Shown: positions 17,100 through 26,810, counted from the first letter of the stretch. The stretch: 51,481 nucleotides of DNA from Kiritimatiellia bacterium (GCA_007132345.1 SLOV01000044.1:1-51481); one strand, 5' to 3'. Notes: generated by a model from the letters alone, not told the origin. Made by a program: numbers and translations.

Positions 17100-18473
17100 A
17101 TGAGAAATCGGGCATCGTTTCATCGGCTGGCATCTTTTCGCTTTGTGCTCGTTTGCGCGTTGGCGTCTCTTGCCTCGTTGGCTGTTCCACCGACTCGGGC
17201 CCAGATCATCTTCAACGCCCTTGTGAACGAGCCAGGCGGAGCCGTGAATCGTCTATTCGAAATGCAGGGTGGCGTGGTGACGCCCGTCCTCACCGGATTG
17301 ACCGCCGATAACTTTCCGGGCCTCTCTCCCGACGGGCGCTTCATCACGATCTCTTCTCCCGATCCCCTCCAGCCATTCGAGCCCAGCCACGACCTCTTCG
17401 TGCATGACCGGCTCACCGGCCAGACGCGCAAGGTCGTTGACTACGCTACCTTTGAGACCAATGGAAACTTTGTCACCTCCACCCCCCTCTTCAGTCGACT
17501 CTCGCCCGACAACCAGTGGATCGCACTGAAAACGCTCGTGAACACCTCCACCGCACAGGGGCTCAGCAGCACACCGATGCTCACCGTGAATCGGGCCAGC
17601 GATGGATTTCAGGTGTCGCTTGTGGAGATCGGACAGGGCAACGCCATCGATCATTTCCGATCCGAGTATGTGGGCATCGCCTGGCATCCGGGTGGAACCT
17701 TCTTTGTGGCGCCGGCCTATGTGCCAATCCTCACACAAACGGGCCAGAGCACGATCGGGGTTGGACTCGCCTCCTATGCCTTCAATGCCGGCACCTTACA
17801 GTGGCAGCGGATCGGCCAACTCACGCAGCCCCGCATCTTCGATGCTGTCTTTCCGTCGGTCATCGAAACCCACATCCTCCCCGCCATCTCCCCGAACGGG
17901 CAACGGATTGCCTTCTTCGAACTCACCTGGCCTGACGCTTTGCTGCAGGGGCCGGTGCAGGCGCGGCTGGCGGTCATGAACCTCGACGGTTCCAACGGCG
18001 CGTATCTGGCGACGTTCAACCCCGGCTTCTTCCCCGGCGGGCTGACCTGGTCGCAGGACGGCGCCCAACTGATCTTCTCGATCGCATTCCAGATGCAGGT
18101 GCCGGGTGTCGGCTTTCAGCCGGGCGGCGATCCGGCGACGGCCGAGATTCGGGCCGTGGACAGCGTAGTGGGCGGCGCCTGGACCCAACTACCGGGGGTG
18201 AATGCGGGCTTCTTTCCGAGCAGCCCCATGTTCCTCTCGGGCGGCGTCGATCTCGGCACCATCCCCCTCGATCTGCAGCGCCTGCCGGATGGCACGTTTC
18301 TGCTGACGGCCGCCGGACTGGATCCCGCGCTGACGTATCAATTGCAGAGCACCACCACCATGCGTCAACCCTTCGGGAGCAGCCAGGGTTTCACCGGGCA
18401 ACAGATCATGAACGGTATCAGCATCACGCCGACGCCCTCCGCCTGGTTCTTCCGCCTGCAGCAGGCGCCGTAA
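17100..18473 (+). CDS. secreted PD40/TolB-like beta-propeller repeat protein, function unknown
   Basis: 457 aa with a signal peptide (FVLVCALASLASLAVPPTRA|Q). Repeated LSPDGRFI / LSPDNQWIA / ISPNGQRIAF / WSQDGAQLIF blades are present. The C-terminal about 90-aa beta-sandwich-like domain ends in FFRLQQAP. Confidence 0.8.
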   Translation: MRNRASFHRLASFRFVLVCALASLASLAVPPTRAQIIFNALVNEPGGAVNRLFEMQGGVVTPVLTGLTADNFPGLSPDGRFITISSPDPLQPFEPSHDLFVHDRLTGQTRKVVDYATFETNGNFVTSTPLFSRLSPDNQWIALKTLVNTSTAQGLSSTPMLTVNRASDGFQVSLVEIGQGNAIDHFRSEYVGIAWHPGGTFFVAPAYVPILTQTGQSTIGVGLASYAFNAGTLQWQRIGQLTQPRIFDAVFPSVIETHILPAISPNGQRIAFFELTWPDALLQGPVQARLAVMNLDGSNGAYLATFNPGFFPGGLTWSQDGAQLIFSIAFQMQVPGVGFQPGGDPATAEIRAVDSVVGGAWTQLPGVNAGFFPSSPMFLSGGVDLGTIPLDLQRLPDGTFLLTAAGLDPALTYQLQSTTTMRQPFGSSQGFTGQQIMNGISITPTPSAWFFRLQQAP

Positions 18474-18530
18474 TGGGCTGGCTTCTTGAGGACCGCCGTC
18501 ATGCATGGTTCGTGATGAAGGCTTTCACCC

Positions 18531-19688
18531 TCACGATCCGGCTGGCCGGACGGCGGTTTCGATATCGTGGGCCACTCGCTCGGCAGCACGGGCGTAGGCG
18601 CCCGGCGGTCCCAGTTTCTCCGCAATCGATGCCAGCCCGTCGATCGTACGGTGGCGTTCCTCGGTATCGCCGAGCAACGGCAGCATGGCCGCAGCCAGCG
18701 ATTGCGGTGTCGCCTGGTCCTGAATCCGCTCGGGACATAACTCGCGGCCGGCGATGAGATTCACCATGCCGATATAGGGCACCCGCACCAGCCGCTTGCC
18801 CAGCAGATACATGAAGGGGCTGGTGCGATAGGTGACAACCATCGGACAGCGCAGGAGCGCAGCCTCGACGGTGGCGGTGCCGGAGGCGACGAAGGCCGCG
18901 TCGGCCTGCCGCAAAATCTGACGGGTCTGCGCCGTTTGCACGGCCCAGTTCGTGGGACCCAGTGTGCCTTGGGCCAGCTTCGCTTCGATGTGCCGCGCCG
19001 TCTCCGCATTGGGCGCGGCGATCCGGAAGGATACGGCTGGGTGCAGACCCTCGATGCGTGCGGCCGCCTGCCAGAGAACGGGGAGGATGCGATCGATTTC
19101 CTGGCGGCGGCTGCCGGGCAACAAGGCGATTCTGGGCGCGCCCTGCCACGATAGGTCCGCTGCCGGTGCCGCGAGCACGGCCTCGGCTTCGTCGACGAGG
19201 GGATGCCCCACATAGTTCACCTTCAGGCGGGTGCCGGCGAACACCTCGGGCTCGAAAGGAAAGATGACCAGCAGCCGGTCGATGACTTCCGCCATCACCG
19301 GAATCCGGCCCGGCCGCGAGGCCCAGACCTGGGGACTGATGAAATAGATGACGCGGATGCCGCGTCGTTTGAGTTCGCGGGCCAGGCGCAAGTTGAAGCC
19401 GCCATAATCGACCAGCAGTGCCACGCTGGGCTTGCGTTTGTCGACCTCGCGCAACAGGTCCCGGAACGCGCGGCGGAAGAAAGGGAGACGGCGCAGCGCC
19501 TCCGGCAGGCCAAACACGGCCATGTCGTTCACGTCGTAGAGCAGGTCCGCGCCCTGCTCGCGCAGGGCCTCGCCGCCAATCCCGAACACATCAAGGCCGG
19601 GCCACAAGGGGCGCAACGCGCGGAGCAGACCCGCGGCATGCATATCGCCGGAAATCTCGCCCGCCACCACGAGCAGGGGCGTGCTCAC
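18531..19688 (-). CDS. lpxB: lipid-A-disaccharide synthase
   Basis: LpxB signature VVAGEISGDMHAAGLLRAL...GIGG...VDYGGFNLRLA...YFISPQVWASRPGR. The likely start is GTG 19686-19688, overlapping the upstream TGA (GTGA). The track ORF extends 35 Arg/Pro-rich codons further to 19793. Confidence 0.85.
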   Translation of the reverse strand: MSTPLLVVAGEISGDMHAAGLLRALRPLWPGLDVFGIGGEALREQGADLLYDVNDMAVFGLPEALRRLPFFRRAFRDLLREVDKRKPSVALLVDYGGFNLRLARELKRRGIRVIYFISPQVWASRPGRIPVMAEVIDRLLVIFPFEPEVFAGTRLKVNYVGHPLVDEAEAVLAAPAADLSWQGAPRIALLPGSRRQEIDRILPVLWQAAARIEGLHPAVSFRIAAPNAETARHIEAKLAQGTLGPTNWAVQTAQTRQILRQADAAFVASGTATVEAALLRCPMVVTYRTSPFMYLLGKRLVRVPYIGMVNLIAGRELCPERIQDQATPQSLAAAMLPLLGDTEERHRTIDGLASIAEKLGPPGAYARAAERVAHDIETAVRPAGS

Positions 19689-20641
19689 GCGGTATTTCCT
19701 TCGCGTATCCGGCTGGTGATCTCCACCGCCAGCTTGAGGGCCTCCGCGGCATGGTCGCCGCTCACGACCGGGTCGCCTCGATGGCGTACACACTCCGCGA
19801 AGGCCGCCAGTTCGATGGCCAGCGGTTCGCCTTTCTCGATCGGCACCTGGACACGCTCGATGCCGGTCGCCGCCTTCCGATAGAGTTCTCCACTCTGGCT
19901 CTGGTAGTCGAGCGAAAGGTAGGCATCGGGCAGAAACACGCGGACCTTCCGCATGCGCTCTGGACTGATGCGGCTGGCCGTGACATTGGCTACGCAGCCG
20001 TTCTCGAAATGGAGCCGCACGTTGGCGATGTCTTCGCTCGGGCTCAAGACGGAGACCCCGACGGCATGGAACGATTTCACGGGCGCCCGTACCAGGTGCA
20101 TGATCACTTCGAGGTCGTGGATCATCAGGTCGAGCACGACGCTCACCTCCGTGCCGCGCGGGTGCAACCCGTCGCGGGGCGGCGGGTAGGGTGCAAGGCG
20201 GTGGGCCTCGATGAAGCGGAGATTGTGCGCCGCCGCTTCGAGAAAGCTGAGCACGGGGTTGAAGCGTTCGATGTGGCCGACCTGCAGAATCAGATCGCGT
20301 TCTTTGGCCATGGCGACGAGGTCCATGGCTTCCTGCGTGGTGGAGGCGATCGGCTTTTCGATGAGGAGATGCACGCCGGCGGCCAGAAGCTGTGCACCAA
20401 CCTCGCGGTGCAGGTGCGTCGGCACGACCAGGCTGGCGGCTTCCACCTGCTCCGCCAGTTCGTCGATGGAGGCGAAGACGCGGGTTCCATGCTTCGCCGC
20501 GATCTCCGTGGCGCGCTCGGTGTCGATGTCATAGATGCCGACCAGGTTCGTCTGCGGCAGTTCGCTGTAGATGCGGGCGTGGGCCTGGCCCAGGCTACCG
20601 ACACCCACAACCCCGACGCGAAGGGCGTTCGCTGCGTTCAT
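19685..20641 (-). CDS. Gfo/Idh/MocA-family NAD-dependent oxidoreductase (GnnA-like position in a lipid A cluster)
   Basis: 318 aa with an N-terminal Rossmann fold (LRVGVVGVGSLGQAHARIY), the EKP motif (HLLIEKP) and a C-terminal alpha/beta domain. It is coupled to lpxI and lpxB by 4-nt overlaps. Confidence 0.88.
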   Translation of the reverse strand: MNAANALRVGVVGVGSLGQAHARIYSELPQTNLVGIYDIDTERATEIAAKHGTRVFASIDELAEQVEAASLVVPTHLHREVGAQLLAAGVHLLIEKPIASTTQEAMDLVAMAKERDLILQVGHIERFNPVLSFLEAAAHNLRFIEAHRLAPYPPPRDGLHPRGTEVSVVLDLMIHDLEVIMHLVRAPVKSFHAVGVSVLSPSEDIANVRLHFENGCVANVTASRISPERMRKVRVFLPDAYLSLDYQSQSGELYRKAATGIERVQVPIEKGEPLAIELAAFAECVRHRGDPVVSGDHAAEALKLAVEITSRIREGNTA

Positions 20642-21468
20642 TCGTTCTCCTCGCTTCCCGTAAAGGCCGTAAATGCCATTTGCAGGCGGTTCGCTTCTTC
20701 GATGAGTTTCTCGCGCTCCAGCAGAATGGTGCGTCCAGCCTCGACCGCCAGTGCGGAGACACGGGCTTTGCGCAGGTAGCGGAAAGTCTTGGGGCCGACC
20801 ACGGGAATATCGAAGCGCATGTCGTGTCCGCGTTTCGCCATCTTGACGACCACGCTGCCCGCGCCCCCCAGTTTGCCGGCCCGGCGAATGGCCGCGTCGG
20901 TGCCTTCAAAGGCCTCGACGGCCAGCACCGCGCCTTGCTTGATCACCACCGTCTGGCCAATATCGAGACCGCTGGTGGCGTGCGCCACACGCAGCCCGAG
21001 TTCGATGTCCGCCTGTTCCTGCTCGGTGGGGGCGCGTCGACTCAACAGACCGGGCTCCGGCATGGAGGTTTCCATGAACAGATGGGCGGGACGCAGCGTG
21101 ACGCCGACGCCTTCGAGCCGCGCGGCGATCGCGCCGAAGATGGTGTGCGCGTTACGCTCCTTCATCTGGGCGAGCATCTCGATAGTGGCCTTATCCGGGC
21201 GCAATCGGAAGAGGTTGGAGGGCGTGATCTGCCCCGCCATGACAGCGTCCTTCACCCCGCTGGCGCGAAACGCGTCGAGCATTGCCTGTAACTGGCCCAC
21301 GCGCAGCCACACCACCTCGTCCACCAACTGCGCAATGGACGGATCGGTCTCTTTGCGGAACGCCACGGCGAAAAGGCGCGAAACACCCTGGGCCCTGGCG
21401 GACGCGGCCAGTTGCAGGGGATATGCTCCTTTTCCGGCAATGATCCCCAGTGAGGCTGGCGTATCCAT
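20638..21468 (-). CDS. lpxI: UDP-2,3-diacylglucosamine pyrophosphatase LpxI (DUF1009 family)
   Basis: 276 aa containing LGIIAGKGAYPLQLA...GQTVVIKQGAVLAVEAFEGTDAAIRRAG...VVVKMAKRGHDMRFDIPVVG, characteristic of LpxI. Confidence 0.85.
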   Translation of the reverse strand: MDTPASLGIIAGKGAYPLQLAASARAQGVSRLFAVAFRKETDPSIAQLVDEVVWLRVGQLQAMLDAFRASGVKDAVMAGQITPSNLFRLRPDKATIEMLAQMKERNAHTIFGAIAARLEGVGVTLRPAHLFMETSMPEPGLLSRRAPTEQEQADIELGLRVAHATSGLDIGQTVVIKQGAVLAVEAFEGTDAAIRRAGKLGGAGSVVVKMAKRGHDMRFDIPVVGPKTFRYLRKARVSALAVEAGRTILLEREKLIEEANRLQMAFTAFTGSEENE

Positions 21469-21470
21469 GG

Positions 21471-21752
21471 CTAGAGAATCTGCGTGTGCAAGTCCATGAC
21501 GACGTAACGTGGGTCGGAACGTAACGCATCCGACAGATTAGAGAGGCGTTTATCGATCACATCGCGCGTCGCGGCGACGGTGACGAAGGCGAAATCGGCA
21601 TACTTCCATTCGTCCTGGCGGCCCACCTCGGCCACGCTGACGTTCATGCGGTGGAGAATGCGATCCTTCAGGCTGCGAATGACCGAGCGTTTGTCCTTCA
21701 GCGAGCGCGCCTCGGGAATACTGATACTCAATTCCAACAGACCAATCACCAT
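21471..21752 (-). CDS. DUF503 (YlxP-like) protein
   Basis: 93 aa containing MVIGLLELSISIPEARSLKDKRSVIRSLKDRI...ADFAFVTVA, the canonical DUF503 pattern. Confidence 0.85.
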   Translation of the reverse strand: MVIGLLELSISIPEARSLKDKRSVIRSLKDRILHRMNVSVAEVGRQDEWKYADFAFVTVAATRDVIDKRLSNLSDALRSDPRYVVMDLHTQIL

Positions 21753-21860
21753 GCCGCCGTATCTCCTGCAGCCGGAAAGCCCGCACGCGGTGGGCCGGAC
21801 GCCTCTGTTCCGTGCCGTGCGGCCGCGGCCGCAGCGATCGCAAGCCTGTTCCGGATTCGC

Positions 21861-22871
21861 TTAGCTTGCGCGTCCCCGTTTCAGCCGCCGCTCGATGCGC
21901 TCCAGATCGCGGCGTCGTTCTTCGCCCTTCTCGCCCTGCAAGCGCCGCAACTGCACGCAGACGGCCGCACCGGAGCCGACACCGAGGATTTTGGCGGTTT
22001 CCTCCTGCGTCAATCCGGCATGGCGCGTGAGCAGCGCGGCCACGACGGGTTTAATCGAGTCGCGCCTTCTCCGTCGCGCCAGATCTTTGATGGTAATGCC
22101 AAAATAGGCGGTCGCCGCGTCGAGAACCTCTTTCTTGCGCTTCCGCTGCTCGGCCTTCCGCTTCCGTTCGGTGGTGCCTTTATGGAGATCTGCCGCCTGT
22201 TTGGTCACGCCGCGGCGCAGACCGGCCACAAATTTGGGCGAGCCGATCCCCAGCGGCGCGCGGTACATGGCCTCTGCCAGTTCCGCATCGGGGTGGGCAA
22301 TCGCCTGATCCACATAAGCGGCATACTTGCGGCGGCGATCCTGCACCCGCGCCTTCATGAGGCGCAGGACCGGTTCGATCGCCACGGGCGCCGGTCCCCG
22401 GTGGGCGCTGGTGTAATCCTTGTAGCTGCTCCAGCGGTAACGCTTCACTTCCGCGCGGCGCTGGTTCGTGGGCTTCTTCAGCCACTTCTTCTCCCACACC
22501 GGCGCCAGGTGAATCCAGCGGCTCAGGGCAAGCACGTACGGGCCGGGTTCGACGACCCGCGATTTGTAGCGCCCATGCGTCACCGGTCCCGTCCAGCCGT
22601 AAGCGTGCTGGAGGTGATTGGCATACGCCGTCAGCAGCCCCGCCATGAAGCGGCTGACGTTGCCTTTCGGCGTTTCCACGAGAAGCTTCACCTGCTTCGG
22701 CAGCAGCACATACGCGTAGAGGTTCACCTCTCGCAGCGCCGCCTGATCGGTAAGTTTCTCCAGGAACCGGAGGTAATCGGACTCTTTGCGAAACAGCGTC
22801 TTTCCTTCGGACCCGCTGAAGGTCACGTAGAAAATGCCGCCTTCCAATTGAATGCGTAGAGGTCTGGCCAT
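21861..22871 (-). CDS. Y1 (IS200/RAYT-like) transposase homologue with substituted catalytic motifs, fused to a DnaA-domain-IV-like HTH
   Basis: ATG 22869-22871 gives a 336-aa product. LYAYVLLPKQVKLLVETP aligns with the family AYxLMPNHVHLL motif (H,H replaced by Q,K). SRWIHLAPV aligns with RYIHLNPV (Tyr replaced by Trp), and RYRWSSY is retained. The C-terminus AYFGITIKDLARRRRRDSIKPVVAALLTRHAGLTQEETAKILGV resembles DnaA domain IV. Confidence 0.8.
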   Translation of the reverse strand: MARPLRIQLEGGIFYVTFSGSEGKTLFRKESDYLRFLEKLTDQAALREVNLYAYVLLPKQVKLLVETPKGNVSRFMAGLLTAYANHLQHAYGWTGPVTHGRYKSRVVEPGPYVLALSRWIHLAPVWEKKWLKKPTNQRRAEVKRYRWSSYKDYTSAHRGPAPVAIEPVLRLMKARVQDRRRKYAAYVDQAIAHPDAELAEAMYRAPLGIGSPKFVAGLRRGVTKQAADLHKGTTERKRKAEQRKRKKEVLDAATAYFGITIKDLARRRRRDSIKPVVAALLTRHAGLTQEETAKILGVGSGAAVCVQLRRLQGEKGEERRRDLERIERRLKRGRAS

Positions 22872-22979
22872 GGGCAAAGATAAGCACAGACCCCTTGACC
22901 GCGTCAACTGGTGCGATGGCAACGAAATTGAAGGGCCGGGCTGGAAGCGCCCCGCCGATTCGCGTAGGCTCTGCACCGA

Positions 22980-25900
22980 ATGACAGAGCCGGCGCTTACG
23001 GCCAGACTCACAACCGGAGAACGCAAAGCCCTGGCGGATATGATCCGCAAGGGGGCGGCCCGCTCTGTCCAGGCATTGCCCGGCTCGGCCACCGCACACC
23101 TGCTCTGGCTGCTCTGGCAGACCTTCGAGACGCCCCTCATCGCCGTCACAGACGGCGCCAATCGCCAGGACGAATTGTTCGAGGACCTCACCGCACTCGC
23201 CAACAGGCGCGAGGCGGAGCTGGGCTTCTATCCGGCCTGGGAGTCGACGCCCAGCCCCGATACGTTGCCCCATGCCGACATCACCGGCGACCGTCTCGCC
23301 ACCCTGCTCCGGATCGCCCGCGGAAACGCGCCGGCCATCACGGTGGTCTCCGTGCAGGCGCTCTTGCAGCCAACGCTCCCGCTCGACAAGCTTCGCGAAG
23401 CCACCCTCTCCATTCAGCGCGACACCGATTTGGAACTGGAGTCGCTCATGGAGCACCTCGTGGCTACCGGCTACGAGGTGGAACCCGAGGTGCTGAACAA
23501 AGGCGAAGCCGCCCGGCGCGGCGGCCTGGTGGATGTCTGGCCGCCCACCGCCGACTGGCCGCTGCGTATCGAATGGTTCGGCCCCACCATCGACTCCATC
23601 CGCGCCTTCGACCCCAACAACCAGCGCTCCGTCGAGGCCCTCGATGCCATGGAACTGCCGCCTGCCACCGAATGGTGCGGCGTCCCGCCGGGCGGCCCCT
23701 TGCACGGCAGCCTGCTCGACGCCGCCCCCGGCGGGGCCTGCTGGGTCTGGCTCGATCCCGACCTCATCGAACACCACGCCGCCGTCTACGAAGAATCGCA
23801 GGCCGAGTCGGAGCATACCGTCGAGGATCTCAGCCTGAACCAGGTGCGCCGCCGGCTCGCGCAACGCAGGACCGGGGGCCAGTTGTTCATCGGTCCGGAT
23901 CGGCCCGATCTCGATACGCACCTCGAACTGGCCATCGAACCGGTCGACGGCCTCTCCGCGGCAACCGGCGCGGTCTTCACGCCGGATGCCGTCCAACAGG
24001 CGCGCGGCGACTTCCTGGCCCGGCTCAACGCCTTTCTGGATCAAGGCACCCATGTGTCGCTGCTGTTCGGCACCACCGGCGCGCGCGACCGCTTTCTGGA
24101 GGTCTACTCCCATCAGCGCCATCTGTTGGACCGGCTCGACACGCGCATCGGGCGTCTCTCCGCCGGCTTCCATGACCGCGCCCGGCGCCTGCTCGTGGTC
24201 GCCGAGTCCGACCTGCTCGGCCAACGCAAGGCGCTGCGCGGGCGTTACCATCTCCACGCCCGCCGCAAAGGGCCCACCCGCCGAAGCCTGGGCCGCCGCA
24301 TCGCGGAATGGACCGAGCTGAAGCCCGGCGACTTTGTGGTGCACGTCGAGCACGGCATCGGTCGCTATCTCGGCATGAGCGAAGTGCGCGTGCACGGCCA
24401 GATGACCGAAGTGCTGACACTCGAATATGCGGACAAAGGCCGGCTACAGGTCCCGGTCACCCACGCGCACCTGCTCAGCCGCTATGTCGGTACCGGCAAT
24501 CGCACACCTTCCCTGCACAGGCTCGGCGGCCGCAAATGGAGTCGCGAGAAAAAGGCCGCGCAACGCGCCGTCGAGGACCTTGCCGCCACCATGCTCGAAA
24601 CCCAGGCCGCGCGCGACACGGAGGCCGGATACGCGTTCGCGCCCGACGCCCCCTGGCAGATCGAATTCGACCACGCCTTCCTCTACGAAGAAACGCCCGA
24701 CCAGGATCAGGCCATTCGCGAAGTCAAACAGGACATGGAGCGCCCCCGCCCCATGGACCGCCTCGTCTGCGGCGATGTCGGCTATGGCAAAACAGAAGTC
24801 GCCATGCGCGCCGCCTTCAAGGCCGTCATGAACGGCAAACAGGTGGCGGTGCTCGTGCCCACCACCATCCTGGCGCAGCAGCACCGCGACTCGTTCGTCA
24901 ACCGGATGAGCGCCTTTCCCTTCACCATCGCCATGCTCAGCCGGTTCCAGACCGACGGCGAGCAAAAGCGCATCCTGCGCGGCGTTCGGGAAGGCATCGT
25001 CGATATTGTTATCGGCACACATCGCCTGCTGCAGGCCGACGTTCATTTCAAGGACCTGGGCCTTCTGGTGATCGACGAAGAGCAGCGCTTCGGCGTTGCT
25101 CAAAAGGAACATTTCAAACACCTGCGCCGGCTGGTGGACGTCCTCACGATGACCGCCACCCCGATTCCGCGCACGCTCTACATGAGCCTGCTGGGCGCCA
25201 AGGACATGAGCACCATTCAGACACCGCCGCAGGAGCGCCTTCCCATCGAAACCATCGTGGCCCCTTTCGACAAGGCGCTCATCCGCCAGGCCATTCTCCG
25301 CGAGTTGAACCGCGAGGGGCAGGTCTTCTTCCTGCACAACCGCGTGCTCACCATCGAGCGCATGCGCCACCGCATCGTCAACTGGGTCCCCGAAGCGCGG
25401 GTCGCCATGGCGCATGGGCAGATGCACGAAAGAGAGCTCGCCGATGTCATGCGCGCCTTCGTGCAGGGCGAATACGACGTGCTCCTCTGCACCACCATCA
25501 TCGAGAGCGGCGTCGACATTCCCAACGTCAACACCATCCTCATCGATCGCGCGGACCGCTTTGGCCTCTCCGAGCTCTACCAGTTACGCGGGCGCGTCGG
25601 CCGCTACAAACACAAGGCCTACGCCTATCTGCTCGTGCCGAACCAGGGCGGGCTGGCGCCCGACGCGCGCGAGCGCATCAGCGCCCTCAAGCGGCACACC
25701 AGCCTGGGGTCAGGCTTCAAGCTGGCGCTCAAGGACCTCGAAATCCGCGGCGCAGGCAACCTTCTTGGTGCCGAGCAGAGCGGCCACATCGCGGCCGTCG
25801 GCTTCGAACTCTACTGCCAGTTGCTGCGCCGCACCGTGGCGACCGCCAAAGGCGAAACGCCGCCCATCCTCGTCGACACGCAGTTGCGCCTCGACTTTCT

Positions 25901-26279
25901 GCGTCACGACACGGCCTCCGCGCACCAGTCCGATGCCGCGATCTTGCCGGTCGAATACATCGAAGACGAAGCCCTGCGCGTACAGGCCTACCGCGCCCTC
26001 GCCGCCTGCGTCTCTGAAGAAGAAGTGGCCGAGATGGAAGCCGAGTTCTCCGACCGCTACGGGCCGCTGCCCGCGCCGGTCATCCGCCTGCTAAAAGCGG
26101 CGACTGTCCGAATCTTCGCCGCCCGCCGTGGCATCGAATCGGTGGAAACGCAGGAGGACAAAGTCATCCTCACCCGCAACGGCGAATATCTGAAAGACGG
26201 CATTCGCTTCCCCCGTATGACAAAGACCGACCCCGACGGAAAACTCGACGACCTGATCGGAATTCTCCGCGCGACGTGA
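22980..26279 (+). CDS. mfd: transcription-repair coupling factor
   Basis: 1099 aa with a UvrB-homology N-terminus and an RNAP-interaction/CarD-like region (GDFVVHVEHGIGRY). Helicase motifs are present (CGDVGYGKTEVA, VIDEEQRFG, MTATPIPRT, QLRGRVGR), as is the TRG motif region. Confidence 0.95.
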   Translation: MTEPALTARLTTGERKALADMIRKGAARSVQALPGSATAHLLWLLWQTFETPLIAVTDGANRQDELFEDLTALANRREAELGFYPAWESTPSPDTLPHADITGDRLATLLRIARGNAPAITVVSVQALLQPTLPLDKLREATLSIQRDTDLELESLMEHLVATGYEVEPEVLNKGEAARRGGLVDVWPPTADWPLRIEWFGPTIDSIRAFDPNNQRSVEALDAMELPPATEWCGVPPGGPLHGSLLDAAPGGACWVWLDPDLIEHHAAVYEESQAESEHTVEDLSLNQVRRRLAQRRTGGQLFIGPDRPDLDTHLELAIEPVDGLSAATGAVFTPDAVQQARGDFLARLNAFLDQGTHVSLLFGTTGARDRFLEVYSHQRHLLDRLDTRIGRLSAGFHDRARRLLVVAESDLLGQRKALRGRYHLHARRKGPTRRSLGRRIAEWTELKPGDFVVHVEHGIGRYLGMSEVRVHGQMTEVLTLEYADKGRLQVPVTHAHLLSRYVGTGNRTPSLHRLGGRKWSREKKAAQRAVEDLAATMLETQAARDTEAGYAFAPDAPWQIEFDHAFLYEETPDQDQAIREVKQDMERPRPMDRLVCGDVGYGKTEVAMRAAFKAVMNGKQVAVLVPTTILAQQHRDSFVNRMSAFPFTIAMLSRFQTDGEQKRILRGVREGIVDIVIGTHRLLQADVHFKDLGLLVIDEEQRFGVAQKEHFKHLRRLVDVLTMTATPIPRTLYMSLLGAKDMSTIQTPPQERLPIETIVAPFDKALIRQAILRELNREGQVFFLHNRVLTIERMRHRIVNWVPEARVAMAHGQMHERELADVMRAFVQGEYDVLLCTTIIESGVDIPNVNTILIDRADRFGLSELYQLRGRVGRYKHKAYAYLLVPNQGGLAPDARERISALKRHTSLGSGFKLALKDLEIRGAGNLLGAEQSGHIAAVGFELYCQLLRRTVATAKGETPPILVDTQLRLDFLRHDTASAHQSDAAILPVEYIEDEALRVQAYRALAACVSEEEVAEMEAEFSDRYGPLPAPVIRLLKAATVRIFAARRGIESVETQEDKVILTRNGEYLKDGIRFPRMTKTDPDGKLDDLIGILRAT

Positions 26280-26301
26280 TGAAGGATCGGCAGGCGCTTC
26301 A

Positions 26302-26556
26302 TCAATAGTGGTATCGAGCTTGAGCGACCAAGATCCGCTCCTTGTCGACAGCGTATACAAGGCGGTGCTCATCGGTGATCCTTCTGGACCAGAAACCTGC
26401 AAGGTCATACTTCAAAGGTTCCGGTTTGCCCAAACCCTCATACGGATCACGCTCGATATCTTTGATGAGTCGAACGATCCGCGCCGCAATTTTGCGATCA
26501 TTGTTGACCCAGTAAACGAAATCTTCCCAGCCGCGCTCCGCGAAGATGATCTTCAT
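26302..26556 (-). CDS. yoeB: Txe/YoeB-family toxin (ribosome-dependent mRNA interferase)
   Basis: 84 aa containing MKIIF...WEDFVYW...RIVRLIKDIERDPYEGLGKPEPLKYDLAGFWSRRITDEHRLVY...ARYHY, with the conserved C-terminal His-Tyr. Confidence 0.92.
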   Translation of the reverse strand: MKIIFAERGWEDFVYWVNNDRKIAARIVRLIKDIERDPYEGLGKPEPLKYDLAGFWSRRITDEHRLVYAVDKERILVAQARYHY

Positions 26557-26810
26557 CAGAAGGTGGGCAATTTCTTTTCGGTTCCTTTGCCCTCGCGAAG
26601 CTGCTCAACCGCTTCGCGCAGGCGTTTTGCGTTCCGCGGGCTGCGCAACAGGTAAGCGGTCTCCTCAAGCGCTTCGTAATCCTCCAACGCCATCATCACC
26701 ACCGCCTGGTCGCGGCGACGCGTAATGATGACCGGTGCACGATCCTCGCAGACGCGCTGCATGGTCTTTGCAAGATTTTCCCTGGCGGCAGTGTAAGTGA
26801 TGGCCTTCAT
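26556..26810 (-). CDS. yefM: Phd/YefM-family antitoxin
   Basis: ATG 26808-26810 gives an 84-aa product, MKAITYTAARENLAKTMQRVCEDRAPVIITRRRDQAVVMMALEDYEALEETAYLLRSPRNAKRL. ATGA overlaps yoeB. The upstream part of the 180-aa track ORF merely translates the tandem repeat. Confidence 0.9.
   Translation of the reverse strand: MKAITYTAARENLAKTMQRVCEDRAPVIITRRRDQAVVMMALEDYEALEETAYLLRSPRNAKRLREAVEQLREGKGTEKKLPTF

Noticed and set aside
22872-24395. The upstream two-thirds of the 844-aa minus-strand ORF (21861-24395).
   Set aside because: It lies entirely antisense to mfd. The composition is Gly/Ala/Arg-rich with no recognisable motifs, which is the typical high-GC shadow frame. Only the last 336 codons, from ATG 22871, form a recognisable protein.
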